The position numbers and the translations under genes were made by a program. Below are positions 10,324 through 20,185 of a stretch of DNA of 54,459 bases, in pieces; within the stretch, counting starts at the first letter, position 1, and each line of letters opens with the position of its first letter. Under the pieces are notes generated by a model. The model did not search any database. It was not told the origin of the DNA and saw only the letters and a program-made list of their open reading frames with translations. The DNA comes from Promethearchaeota archaeon Loki_b31 (GTDB lineage Archaea; Asgardarchaeota; Lokiarchaeia; Sigyniarchaeales; SOKP01): the NCBI GenBank assembly GCA_005222975.1, contig NJBI01000018.1, positions 1-54,459 of the forward strand. The letters are read 5' to 3'.

Positions 10324-10605
10324 TTATATAAAGATCATATTAGTTAGATTAGTTAATAAAGTTAAAGCTTTTATTAATTAAATGAAAAGGTTTATGCTAA
10401 TATTCTTATTAAACAACTGAATTTTGAACTTAGACTTAAAAGGGATTAAAGTGGGCAAATTGGCTTCCTTCTTATAGGAAAAGTTTAATAACATTTTAAT
10501 TTTCAATATCTTGTATCTATTTTGTTCATAAATAGATTAAATTAAGGCATTCAATGAAATAATAAATTACATAATAAAAAAATAAAAAAATATTGGTTAA
10601 AAGTT

Positions 10606-12528
10606 ATGGGAAAAACTATAACTGAAAAAATCTTAGAACAGCACTTAGTTGAAGGAAAATCAGAACGAGGGTCGGATATTAGCATAAAAATAGATCAGAC
10701 ACTAACTCAAGATGCCACGGGTACAATGGCATATTTACAATTTGAAGCGATTGGCATTCCATACATTCAAACAGAATTGTCGGTTAGTTATGTAGATCAC
10801 AATACTTTACAAACTGATTTTAAAAATCCTGACGATCATAGATATCTACAAAGTATCGCTGCGAAATACGGACTTTATTTTTCTAGACCGGGTAATGGCA
10901 TATGCCACCAACTTCATTTAGAAAGGTTTGCTCGACCTGGAAAAACCTTACTTGGTTCGGATAGTCATACTCCAACTGGTGGTGGTGTAGGAATGATAGC
11001 TATTGGAGCAGGAGGTCTCGATGTTGCAGCGGCAATGGCAGGTGAGGCTTTTTACTTAAAGATGCCAAAGGTTGTTAACATACATCTTACTGGGAAACTT
11101 CCTGACTTTGTATCTGCTAAAGATGTTATATTGGAAGTGTTAAGACGAATTGGCGTTAAAGGGGCAGTCAATAAAGTATTGGAATACACTGGTCCAGGTA
11201 TTAAGACTCTAAGTGTACCTGAGCGAGGTACAATAACCAACATGGGAACTGAAACGGGAGCCACAACCTCAATATTTCCATCTGATGAGATTACAAAAGA
11301 CTTTTTGATTGCTCAAGAAAGAGGCGAACAATGGGTTCTTTTGGAAGCAGACGATGATGCTGTGTACGACGAAACCATAGAAATAAATCTAAGCGAACTT
11401 GTACCTCTTGTAGCCACACCACATAGTCCAGGAAATGTAAAAACTGTAAAAGAAGTTGAAGGTTTAAAAGTTGATCAGGTCTGTATAGGAAGCTGTACGA
11501 ACTCAACTCTAAGAGACCTTAAAATTTCTGCTAACATATTAAAAGGAAAAACTATTAGCGAGTATACGGTCCTAACAATTTCACCTGGTTCTCGTCAAGT
11601 TGTTGATCATATGATTAAATCTGGCGAAATGTCATATTTAATTGAAGCGGGAGCAAGAATACTCGAAAACGCATGTGGTCCTTGTATTGGTATGGGCCTT
11701 GCGCCAAAAAGCGATGCTGTTACTTTAAGAACATTTAATAGAAATTTTCTTGGAAGATCTGGCACAAAAAGCGCTCAAGCTTACCTTGTAAGCCCTGAAA
11801 CTGCTGTTGTATCTGCGATTAGTGGAAAAATTACAGACCCAAGAACATTTGGAGCATTACCAAAAATAGATATGCCTAAAAAGTTTATGGTCAACGATAA
11901 CATGATTATTCCACCAATGGAAGGCAAAGAATCCATTGAAATCGTTAGAGGGCCGAATATCAAACCTTTACCAGAATTCAATCCTTTACCAGACAAATTA
12001 GAAGGGGAAGTTCTTCTTAAAGTCGAAGATGATATTACTACCGACCATATAATGCCAGCAGGCGCTAAAATCTTACCTTTACGGTCAAACATTCCGGAGA
12101 TAAGCAAGTTTGTGTTTAACCTTGTTGATCCGACATTTCCAGATAGGTCCTTAGAAAAGCAAGGAGGCTTTATAGTTGGAGGAGATAACTACGGTCAAGG
12201 TTCCAGTAGAGAACACGCTGCCATCGCGCCTAAATATCTTGGACTCAAAGCTGTTATAGTGAAATCATTTGCTCGAATTCATCTTGCTAACCTCGTTAAT
12301 TTCGGGATCGTGCCTTTAACATTTGAAAACAAAGAGGATTACATTAAAGTTGAACAAGGAGATAAGTTCCAAATCGATCTAACCACAATAGAATCGGGAA
12401 AAGTGGCGTTAAAAAACCTTACTAAAGGTATGGAGATACAATTGACTCATTCTTTGAGCGAAACTGAGCTCAAAGTTTTAAAAGCGGGAGGAAAACTTCC
12501 TTTTATCAAGCAAAAACATGTTAATTAG
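10606..12528 (+). CDS. acnA: Aconitate hydratase (short, ~640-aa type)
   Basis: TQDATG, DHN, GICHQ, GSDSHT, GSCTN, CGPCIG, NRNF, NYGQGSSREHA motifs. Confidence 0.9.
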   Translation: MGKTITEKILEQHLVEGKSERGSDISIKIDQTLTQDATGTMAYLQFEAIGIPYIQTELSVSYVDHNTLQTDFKNPDDHRYLQSIAAKYGLYFSRPGNGICHQLHLERFARPGKTLLGSDSHTPTGGGVGMIAIGAGGLDVAAAMAGEAFYLKMPKVVNIHLTGKLPDFVSAKDVILEVLRRIGVKGAVNKVLEYTGPGIKTLSVPERGTITNMGTETGATTSIFPSDEITKDFLIAQERGEQWVLLEADDDAVYDETIEINLSELVPLVATPHSPGNVKTVKEVEGLKVDQVCIGSCTNSTLRDLKISANILKGKTISEYTVLTISPGSRQVVDHMIKSGEMSYLIEAGARILENACGPCIGMGLAPKSDAVTLRTFNRNFLGRSGTKSAQAYLVSPETAVVSAISGKITDPRTFGALPKIDMPKKFMVNDNMIIPPMEGKESIEIVRGPNIKPLPEFNPLPDKLEGEVLLKVEDDITTDHIMPAGAKILPLRSNIPEISKFVFNLVDPTFPDRSLEKQGGFIVGGDNYGQGSSREHAAIAPKYLGLKAVIVKSFARIHLANLVNFGIVPLTFENKEDYIKVEQGDKFQIDLTTIESGKVALKNLTKGMEIQLTHSLSETELKVLKAGGKLPFIKQKHVN

Positions 12529-12579
12529 ATTAATTTATTTTTTTTTAATTATTAATTATTTAATTTTTTAGGTATTACT

Positions 12580-13242
12580 ATGAATAATATTGAAGATGAA
12601 TATCATAAAATAATTGAATTTTATCCTAATGCAATTGTTGAGAAAAATTGTATTTCTCAAGTAAAAATTCCATTAAAAGATAAATTTTTTTTGAAAATCA
12701 ACTTTAAAAATTACCCAAAAAAACCAATTGTTAATTTAATCAGTAAAGATGACCGCATTTATCGAAAAGTTGATAAAATTATTCCCCTATTAAATAGATG
12801 GGAAAAAAAAAAACCTCCTTCTATTGTTGATCTCATTAATGAAATATTAACTTTCATTAATAGTTTGGAATCTAAAGAAATAAAAATTAAAAAAGAATTA
12901 CTAAATGGAATTTTAGCGTTATGTAAAAAACAACATCCTAGAGAAATATTAGGACTTCTAAGAATCATTAATGGAATCGCGATAGAATATATTTTACCTC
13001 CAGGAGCAATTACATCTAAGATTTCTGGGCTTTTTATTCCTAGTAGATTGGGTTTTGATTCAACTCTCAATGGATCTATTCATTCACATCCTTCTGGAAA
13101 TCCTAATCCTTCTATTATTGATATTAATAATGTTTTTAAAACAAAAAAATTCAATTTTATTGTCGCTTATCCATATAATTTGAGCAGTATAAAATGCTTT
13201 AATAATAAAGGACGGGAGATTGAGTTCAGAATACTAAATTAA
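12580..13242 (+). CDS. JAMM/MPN+ metalloprotease with N-terminal UBC/UEV-like domain
   Basis: HPREILGLL...HSHPSGNPNPSIID is an intact JAMM motif; N-terminal 'INFKNYPKKP...W...PPSIVDLI' resembles the UBC/UEV fold. Confidence 0.75.
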   Translation: MNNIEDEYHKIIEFYPNAIVEKNCISQVKIPLKDKFFLKINFKNYPKKPIVNLISKDDRIYRKVDKIIPLLNRWEKKKPPSIVDLINEILTFINSLESKEIKIKKELLNGILALCKKQHPREILGLLRIINGIAIEYILPPGAITSKISGLFIPSRLGFDSTLNGSIHSHPSGNPNPSIIDINNVFKTKKFNFIVAYPYNLSSIKCFNNKGREIEFRILN

Positions 13243-13365
13243 ATAAATTAACAGTTTTATATCGTTTGCATGATAATTATATTTGATTAATTGCCCAAGA
13301 TCTCATAAACCGAGATATAATAGAAATCTAATAGGAAAAAAATTAAAAGTAGCAAACTCTATTCA

Positions 13366-14132
13366 GTGTCGATGAGTGAAAAAAAATACAAAATCGATCC
13401 AAAAAAAAGATTTTCTTCCAGAGTAGAAAACTATATCAAGTATCGACCGAGCTATCCTCTTGAAATTATTGATTTTTTGATAGAGAAGAAAACCTTAACA
13501 GAAGATACCGTAATTGCCGATATAGGTTCAGGTACAGGAATTTTAACAAAAGTTTTCTTGGATAATGGTAATCAAGTTTATGGGGTTGAACCCAATAAAG
13601 ATATGAGAGAAGCAGCCGAAAAATTCCTCCAAGGATATACAAATTTTTCAAGTCTTGAAGGTTCTGCTGAGACCACAGGATTAGAGGAGAATTGTATAGA
13701 TCTTATTATTGCTGGACAATCTTTCCATTGGTTCGATGTGGAGGAGGCTAAGAAAGAATTTAAAAGAATATTAAAACCGAATGGTAATGTAGCACTAATC
13801 TGGAACAATCGTGGAAAAAGCGGAACAGATTTTAATAGTAGTTATGAAAATTTCATTTTAAAATACGGCACAGATTATAGAGAAGTAAAGAAAAATGAGG
13901 GAAATGTGGATCTCTTTTTTAATTATCAAAAAGAATCATTTTATAATTTTCAAGAATTAGATTTTACCCGTTTTAAAGGTAGGGTCCTTTCTGCATCTTA
14001 TATTCTTTAGCCGATAATCCCCTTTTCCCAAAAATGATATTGGAATTGGAAGATTTGTTTAACAAACACCAACGGAATGGAATTATTAGAATTGAATACG
14101 ATACCGAAATATATCTTGGTAAATTAGAATAA
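13366..14132 (+). pseudogene. Class I SAM-dependent methyltransferase, frameshifted near 14004
   Basis: ADIGSGTG and AGQSFHWF motifs. The frame stops at 14010, but the typical C-terminus (LADNPLFPKMILELEDLFNKHQRNGIIRIEYDTEIYLGKLE*) continues in another frame to TAA 14132. Confidence 0.75.
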
Positions 14133-14266
14133 TTTTTAATCGTAAAATTGTTTCTATAAAAATACTAACTTGTAAATATTGTTGAATTATAATTTATCTT
14201 TGATGAAAAAACAGGTAAAATAAAAATTTTTATAAGTTAACTAAAAACGATTAGAGAGAAAAATAA

Positions 14267-15673
14267 ATGAGTTCTAAATTTTTAGAAAGAATAATTGAAC
14301 CCTTAATTGTTAATTTAATGCAACAATCAAAGTTACCTGGGCTCGCTCTTAGCGTTATAAAAGATGGAAAACCATTCTACGCTAAGGGTTTTGGTGCGAG
14401 AAATTTAAAAAAGAATATTCCTTTTGATGAAGATACTTTATTTGGAATAGGTTCTATTTCAAAGTCATTTGCTGCTCTGGGAATAATGCAATTAGTTGAA
14501 CAAGGTAAAATTGATCTTCAAAGTCCTGTTAAAAAATACATTGATTTTAGACTTGGAGATAAAAAAAACCCCATAAAAGTACACCATCTATTATCTCACT
14601 CTACAGGATTACCTGAACTTCTTGGAACAATAGTAGCAATAACAAGACATTTAGGTTTTTTTGAAAATGTTATTCCAATGAGTAGTTGGGATGATTATCT
14701 GTTGTTTATTAACGGTGCAGGAACGGAAGTTATAGATATCCCCGATAAAAGGTTCTTTTATAATAATGACATGTTTACTTGCTTAGGATTAATTATAGAA
14801 AAAGTATCTGGAATGAGATTTGAAGAATACATTAGAGAAAATGTTTTAAAACCTTTAGGTATGAATAGATCCACATACTTACGAGAGGATTATGACAATG
14901 ATAATAATGCTATGACAGGTTATCTTCCTCTTGATGAAGAAGGAAATCTTAAAGAATCAGTTCCGCCTAATGACAAATTTGTTTATGCGCCGGGGGGATT
15001 ATTAAGTTCAGTAAACGATTTACAAAATTATCTAATTGCTCTAATGAATGAAGGTAGACAAGGGCAATCACAAATTCTTCAGAAATCATCGATAGATAAA
15101 ATGTGGACTCCATATAATAAAACTCCAGAAGATTCTTCTTATGGTCACGGAGAGACTTGGTACGGCTATGGTTGGATGATAGAAAAGGATTTTTTCGGGT
15201 ATGAAGTAATACAACATGGAGGGAACATTTTAATATCGTCTGCTATGGTAGCAATGATCCCAGAAATAAAAATGGGTGTTGTTATAGGTGTTAACTGTGA
15301 TTCATCAGGTTTGTTAGGCCCATTAGCTCATGGTATTTTAGCAATTCTTTTAGGAAAGGAAATAAATAAAGCAGCTCCACTATTACAAGTCCAAAATAAG
15401 TTAAATAAGTTGGTGGGAAAATATACGACATACAAAGGTTTACAATCCTTAGAAATATTTCTTGAGAACGGAATTCTCTACGCCAAAATACCTTACCCAT
15501 ATTTACCCAAACCTACTATTTTACCACTTGCGCCAGAAAATATTGATGAATTAAAATTTTTTGTACCAATTGCTTTTCCAGGTATGAAAATGAAAGGTCA
15601 ATTTTTTATAGATGAAAAAGCAAGTGAAGTGCGCTTATTAGTAGAGCGCTATAATTTCCACAAAATAATTTGA
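14267..15673 (+). CDS. Serine hydrolase, beta-lactamase class C / D-peptidase family
   Basis: SISK (SxxK), YNN, LLSHSTG, HGG motifs. Confidence 0.88.
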   Translation: MSSKFLERIIEPLIVNLMQQSKLPGLALSVIKDGKPFYAKGFGARNLKKNIPFDEDTLFGIGSISKSFAALGIMQLVEQGKIDLQSPVKKYIDFRLGDKKNPIKVHHLLSHSTGLPELLGTIVAITRHLGFFENVIPMSSWDDYLLFINGAGTEVIDIPDKRFFYNNDMFTCLGLIIEKVSGMRFEEYIRENVLKPLGMNRSTYLREDYDNDNNAMTGYLPLDEEGNLKESVPPNDKFVYAPGGLLSSVNDLQNYLIALMNEGRQGQSQILQKSSIDKMWTPYNKTPEDSSYGHGETWYGYGWMIEKDFFGYEVIQHGGNILISSAMVAMIPEIKMGVVIGVNCDSSGLLGPLAHGILAILLGKEINKAAPLLQVQNKLNKLVGKYTTYKGLQSLEIFLENGILYAKIPYPYLPKPTILPLAPENIDELKFFVPIAFPGMKMKGQFFIDEKASEVRLLVERYNFHKII

Positions 15674-15754
15674 TCAACTAATAAGAAATTTAAGAAGAAA
15701 GCTATTTAATTATACAATTGTTAATATAAAATACTAATTAGTAAAGGCTAAAAT

Positions 15755-16339
15755 ATGAAAGTAGTTGTGTTTAATGGAAGTCCAAGGAGCGAAGGTGTTA
15801 CGACTAAATGCTTGAATATTGTAATGGACGAATTAAAATCCGCCGGAATTGAGACTGAATACATTTGGATTGGTATGGATAAAATCCAAGGGTGTGTCGC
15901 CTGTTATCAATGCGCCAAGAACAAAGATAAAAGATGTAGCGTCAAAACTGATAAATTAAACGAATACCTAGAAAAGATGCTTAATGCGGATGGTATAATA
16001 TTAGGGTCACCAACATATTTTGCAGACACTGCGACTCGAATGAAAGCGCTTATCGAAAGAGCTGGCTTTGTAAGTAAAGTGAACGAAGATTTATTAAAAC
16101 ATAAAGTAGGTGCAGCCGTGGTGTCAGTAAGGCGAGCAGGAGCAACTCATGTTTTTTCTAGTATAAATTATTTTTTCCTAATTAACCAAATGTTTGTAGT
16201 TGGTTCAAGCTATTGGAATTTAGGTGTTAATCCAAATACCACAGATCCAGAAAGAATTAAGGAAGACGAAGAAGGTATAGCTACTTTTCAAAATTTAGGT
16301 AAAAATATGGCTTATCTACTCCAAAAACTTAATACCTAA
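15755..16339 (+). CDS. Iron-sulfur flavoprotein (flavodoxin / NADPH-dependent FMN reductase family)
   Basis: NGSPR, CxxCxxCxxxxxxxC, GSPTYF motifs. Confidence 0.88.
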   Translation: MKVVVFNGSPRSEGVTTKCLNIVMDELKSAGIETEYIWIGMDKIQGCVACYQCAKNKDKRCSVKTDKLNEYLEKMLNADGIILGSPTYFADTATRMKALIERAGFVSKVNEDLLKHKVGAAVVSVRRAGATHVFSSINYFFLINQMFVVGSSYWNLGVNPNTTDPERIKEDEEGIATFQNLGKNMAYLLQKLNT

Positions 16340-16473
16340 TCTATTTTTTTTTATTTAGAGCGATCTTTTGTTTAATAAAAATATACTTTTTAAACTAATA
16401 TTTATTGTATTTATATTAGTGTTTTTTAATTATTTATTTTAAAAAGCATCGATATTAGTAAAGCATAAAGCGC

Positions 16474-18849
16474 TTGAAGGAATCTAAAATGAATGAACGA
16501 ATAAAAAAACTACGATCACAAAGTCGTAGAGCAATTCCGTATCTTTCATTGGAGCGTACTTTATTAATAACAGAGTTTTATAAGAATGGAGCAGCTCATA
16601 AATATTCTGCTCCAGTTGCTAGAGCTAAAGCATTTGAATATATCCTAAAAAATAAAGAAATTTGTTTTAATAACGATGAGCTTATTGTTGGAGAACGCGG
16701 TCCAGAGCCGAAAGCGACCCCTACTTACCCGGAAATTTGCTGTCATACGCTAAATGATTTAGAGATATTAGATTCTCGTGAAAAAATATCTTTTAAAGTG
16801 CAAGATGAAGTGTGGCGAAAATCTAAAGATATCGTCATTCCTTTTTGGAAAGGAAAAACAATCAGAGAAAAAATCTTTTCTCAAGTCGACCAAGAGTGGG
16901 TAGATGCCTATTCAGCGGGGATTTACACAGAATTCATGGAACAGAGAGCTCCTGGACATACTGTAGCGGGAAGGAATATTTGGAACATGGGTTTTATGGA
17001 TTTTAAAAAACAAATTCAAATTTCAATCGAGAACTTAGATTTTTACAACGATCCTGATGCGTTTGCTAAAAGAGAGCAATTAAAGGCCATGGATATAGCA
17101 GCTGATAGTATAATAGCCTATGCTAAGAGACATTCTAAAAAGGCTTTAAATTTAGCCGAAAACGAATCTGATCCAATTAGAAAAAAAGAATTAGAAAAAA
17201 TCGCTGAGATTTGTTCTCACGTTCCAGCTCAAGCTCCAAGAACATTTTGGGAAGCTTTACAGCATTACTGGTTTATTCATTTAGGCGTTATTACGGAATA
17301 TAACACTTGGGATGCTTTTAATCCCGGACGGCTTGATCAGCATCTATACACTTTTTATCGGAAAGATATTTCTGATGGCATTTTGACAAAAGAAGGTGCC
17401 GTCGAACTGCTCCAAGCTTTTTGGATTAAATTTAACAACCAACCAGCACCTCCAAAAGTGGGTATAACAGCCGAAGAAAGCGGTACTTATACAGATTTTT
17501 GCAATATTAATCTCGGAGGGTTAAAAGAGGATGGTTCTGACGGAGTAAATGAACTTTCTTACGTACTTTTAGATGTAATTGAAGATATGAGAATACTACA
17601 GCCTAGTAGTAATGTTCAAATAAGTGAAAAAACACCAGACGATTTTATTAGAAGAGCCCTTAAGATTATTAAAACCGGTTTTGGTCAACCCTCGGTTTTT
17701 AATGCGGATGCTATTGTTCAAGAACTTACACGCCAAGGAAAATCGTTAGTAGATGCTCGAAATGGCGGTGCGAGTGGATGCGTTGAAACAGGAGCTTTTG
17801 GTAAAGAAGCCTACATTTTAACAGGATATTTTAATCTTGTCAAAATTTTAGAAGTTACTTTACACAATGGAAAAGATCCTTCAACAAATAAACAAATAGG
17901 AATAAAAACTGGAGATCCTCTCTCTTTTAGAACTTTTGACGAGTTAATAGAAGCGTATACAAAACAAATCAAGCATTTTGTTGACATTAAAATAAAAGGT
18001 AATCAAATAATAGAGCGCATTTGGGCGCAAAATCCTTCACCATTTTTATCAATATTAATTGATGACTGTATTATAAATGGAAAAGACTATAATGATGGTG
18101 GAGCAAAATACAATACATCCTATATTCAAATAGTTGGCATGGGAAGCATAACTGATTGCTTAACTTCTTTAAAATATAATATTTATGACAATCAGATTAT
18201 TACAATGGAGCAAATGCTCTATGTGCTTAAAAATGACTTCGAAGGTTTTGAGGAAATAAGACAAAAACTGATTTCTAGAACACCTAAATATGGGAATGAT
18301 AAAGATTACGCCGATCTTATCACCCAACAAGTTTTTGAGATTGTTTATAATGCCATCGACGGGCGTCCGAACACTAGAGGAGGAGTCCATAGAATAAATC
18401 TACTTCCTACAACAGTCCACATTTATTTTGGAAAAGTAACTGGTGCTACCCCCGATGGCAGAAAAGCATATACACCTTTATCTGAAGGAATTTCGCCTGT
18501 TCAAGGGATGGATATTAATGGTCCAACTTCAGTAATAAAATCTGCTGGTAAAATTGACCATCTTAGAACTGGAGGGACTTTATTAAATCAAAAATTTTCG
18601 CCTAAATTCTTTTCAAGTGAATCAGGAATTAATAATGTAGCTCATCTGATACGCTCTTATTTTAAAATGGGGGGTCATCATATTCAGCTTAATGTTGTTT
18701 CGGCAAATACCTTGCGCGCTGCTCAAAGGAATCCAGTACAATATCGTAATCTAATTGTGCGTGTTGCTGGTTATAGTGATTATTATATAAACCTAGGAAA
18801 AGATTTGCAGGATGAAATAATTAAAAGAACCGAGCACTTTTCTATTTAA
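16474..18849 (+). CDS. hypD: Glycyl radical enzyme, trans-4-hydroxy-L-proline dehydratase type
   Basis: RVAGY glycyl motif, SGCVE; HypD-type motifs QRAPGH, WDAFNPGR, ESGTYTDF, GYFN, LLPTT. Confidence 0.82.
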   Translation: MKESKMNERIKKLRSQSRRAIPYLSLERTLLITEFYKNGAAHKYSAPVARAKAFEYILKNKEICFNNDELIVGERGPEPKATPTYPEICCHTLNDLEILDSREKISFKVQDEVWRKSKDIVIPFWKGKTIREKIFSQVDQEWVDAYSAGIYTEFMEQRAPGHTVAGRNIWNMGFMDFKKQIQISIENLDFYNDPDAFAKREQLKAMDIAADSIIAYAKRHSKKALNLAENESDPIRKKELEKIAEICSHVPAQAPRTFWEALQHYWFIHLGVITEYNTWDAFNPGRLDQHLYTFYRKDISDGILTKEGAVELLQAFWIKFNNQPAPPKVGITAEESGTYTDFCNINLGGLKEDGSDGVNELSYVLLDVIEDMRILQPSSNVQISEKTPDDFIRRALKIIKTGFGQPSVFNADAIVQELTRQGKSLVDARNGGASGCVETGAFGKEAYILTGYFNLVKILEVTLHNGKDPSTNKQIGIKTGDPLSFRTFDELIEAYTKQIKHFVDIKIKGNQIIERIWAQNPSPFLSILIDDCIINGKDYNDGGAKYNTSYIQIVGMGSITDCLTSLKYNIYDNQIITMEQMLYVLKNDFEGFEEIRQKLISRTPKYGNDKDYADLITQQVFEIVYNAIDGRPNTRGGVHRINLLPTTVHIYFGKVTGATPDGRKAYTPLSEGISPVQGMDINGPTSVIKSAGKIDHLRTGGTLLNQKFSPKFFSSESGINNVAHLIRSYFKMGGHHIQLNVVSANTLRAAQRNPVQYRNLIVRVAGYSDYYINLGKDLQDEIIKRTEHFSI

Positions 18850-18857
18850 ATATTTTT

Positions 18858-19226
18858 TTACATATTTCTTAACACAGCGTGTAAAATTCCACCATTTTTG
18901 TAATATTCTACATCTACTTGACTATCAAGTCTGACTATAACATTAAAAGATGTTTTGATTCCAGAAATTTCATATGTTTCTGAACCATTCAATCCAATTT
19001 TTTCCGCATTTTCGCCCTCTTTGAACTGTAGAGGTAAAATCCCCATTCCCACTAAATTACTTCTATGAATTCATTCGAAAGATTCAGCGATAACTGCTTT
19101 TACTCCCTGTAATTGAGTTCCTTTTGCAGCCCAATCGCGTGAACTTCCCATTCCATAATCATTTCCAGCAATAACCATTAGAGGTGTTTTAGAAGCTATA
19201 TTCAATAAATTTTCTTCAGCTTTCAA
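18858..19226 (-). pseudogene. acnA: Remnant of a long-type AcnA aconitase (C-terminal swivel domain)
   Basis: [54 protein letters not shown]...YYKNGGIL. There is an in-frame TGA (19071-19073) at the conserved Arg of ESFERIH, and most of the gene is missing. Confidence 0.85.
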
Positions 19227-19247
19227 ATTAAAAAAAATGAAAAAGGC

Positions 19248-20165
19248 TTAAGAAGTTAAAGCGCTTACAATATCTTCAAAATATTTGAAAATCGTGGAGT
19301 AGTGCCCATCGTTTGGATAAAATTTTCCTTCACAATTTGGAATTGCTTTACACATACCACGACCCATAGCAATAGGCACAGCTTCATCCACTTCTCCATG
19401 CCATATATACACTTTAAGTTTTGGAGATATATCTTCAAGGCTAAAACCCCAAGGTTTTGCGTATAATTTCCCTTCGTAAAATGCTCCTTTATTTCCTTGA
19501 CGAAATGCTTCTGCGCTTTCTCTAATAAAAAGATGTAGTAATTTAGGATCGTCCATAACTTCCCTATCTGGTTCTGGAAACTTTTTAATAGTTTCCCCCA
19601 TTTTCCTTTCTGCTTTTTCTAAATCTTTCAAACCTCGAGATTGAAAAGATATCTTCAATTTAAAAAGCCATGGCATTCTTCGAATAACAAAAGATAATCT
19701 GCGAATACTTTTTATTTTTTCTTCTACTTCAAGATCCATTGGCCCTATACCGCTAATAATACCACAAGATGTTAAGCGATCAGGAATTTTATATGCACAC
19801 GCTGCAGCATATGGACCTCCCCCCGATATTCCTTCAATAGCAAATTTCTCTATTCCTAAAGCGTCAGCTAGCTCAATTACATCATCTGGCCAATCTAAAA
19901 TAGTACGGTCTTTTTTGAAATCTGAAAGCCCCATTCCTGGTCTATCGATTCCAATAAGTCTAATATTATTTTGAACAACTCTATCCGCAAAAATAGCAAC
20001 TTCTAAACGAGAACCTGGAAAACCATGGAAGTGAAATAATGGTTTTGCTTCTGGATTACCTAAATCCGCGTAACCAAGGTTCCTTCCGTCTTTTAACTTA
20101 ATCGTTAGATTAACCGCTGCCTTTTGTTTTTTATCTAGTTTCTTATATGTCAAAACTGATGCCAT
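19248..20165 (-). CDS. Alpha/beta hydrolase
   Basis: HGFPGSR, DRPGMG, GISGG nucleophile elbow, GH catalytic His. Confidence 0.88.
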   Translation of the reverse strand: MASVLTYKKLDKKQKAAVNLTIKLKDGRNLGYADLGNPEAKPLFHFHGFPGSRLEVAIFADRVVQNNIRLIGIDRPGMGLSDFKKDRTILDWPDDVIELADALGIEKFAIEGISGGGPYAAACAYKIPDRLTSCGIISGIGPMDLEVEEKIKSIRRLSFVIRRMPWLFKLKISFQSRGLKDLEKAERKMGETIKKFPEPDREVMDDPKLLHLFIRESAEAFRQGNKGAFYEGKLYAKPWGFSLEDISPKLKVYIWHGEVDEAVPIAMGRGMCKAIPNCEGKFYPNDGHYSTIFKYFEDIVSALTS

Positions 20166-20185
20166 ATCTCCACCTCCATTTTCTT

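Noticed and set aside
10515-10540. 8-bp hairpin upstream of aconitase as an iron-responsive element
   Set aside because: It lacks the CAGUG loop and C bulge; an AT-only stem is likely by chance.
19071-19073. In-frame TGA in the AcnA fragment as selenocysteine
   Set aside because: It falls at a conserved Arg, not Cys, in a gene that is largely deleted.
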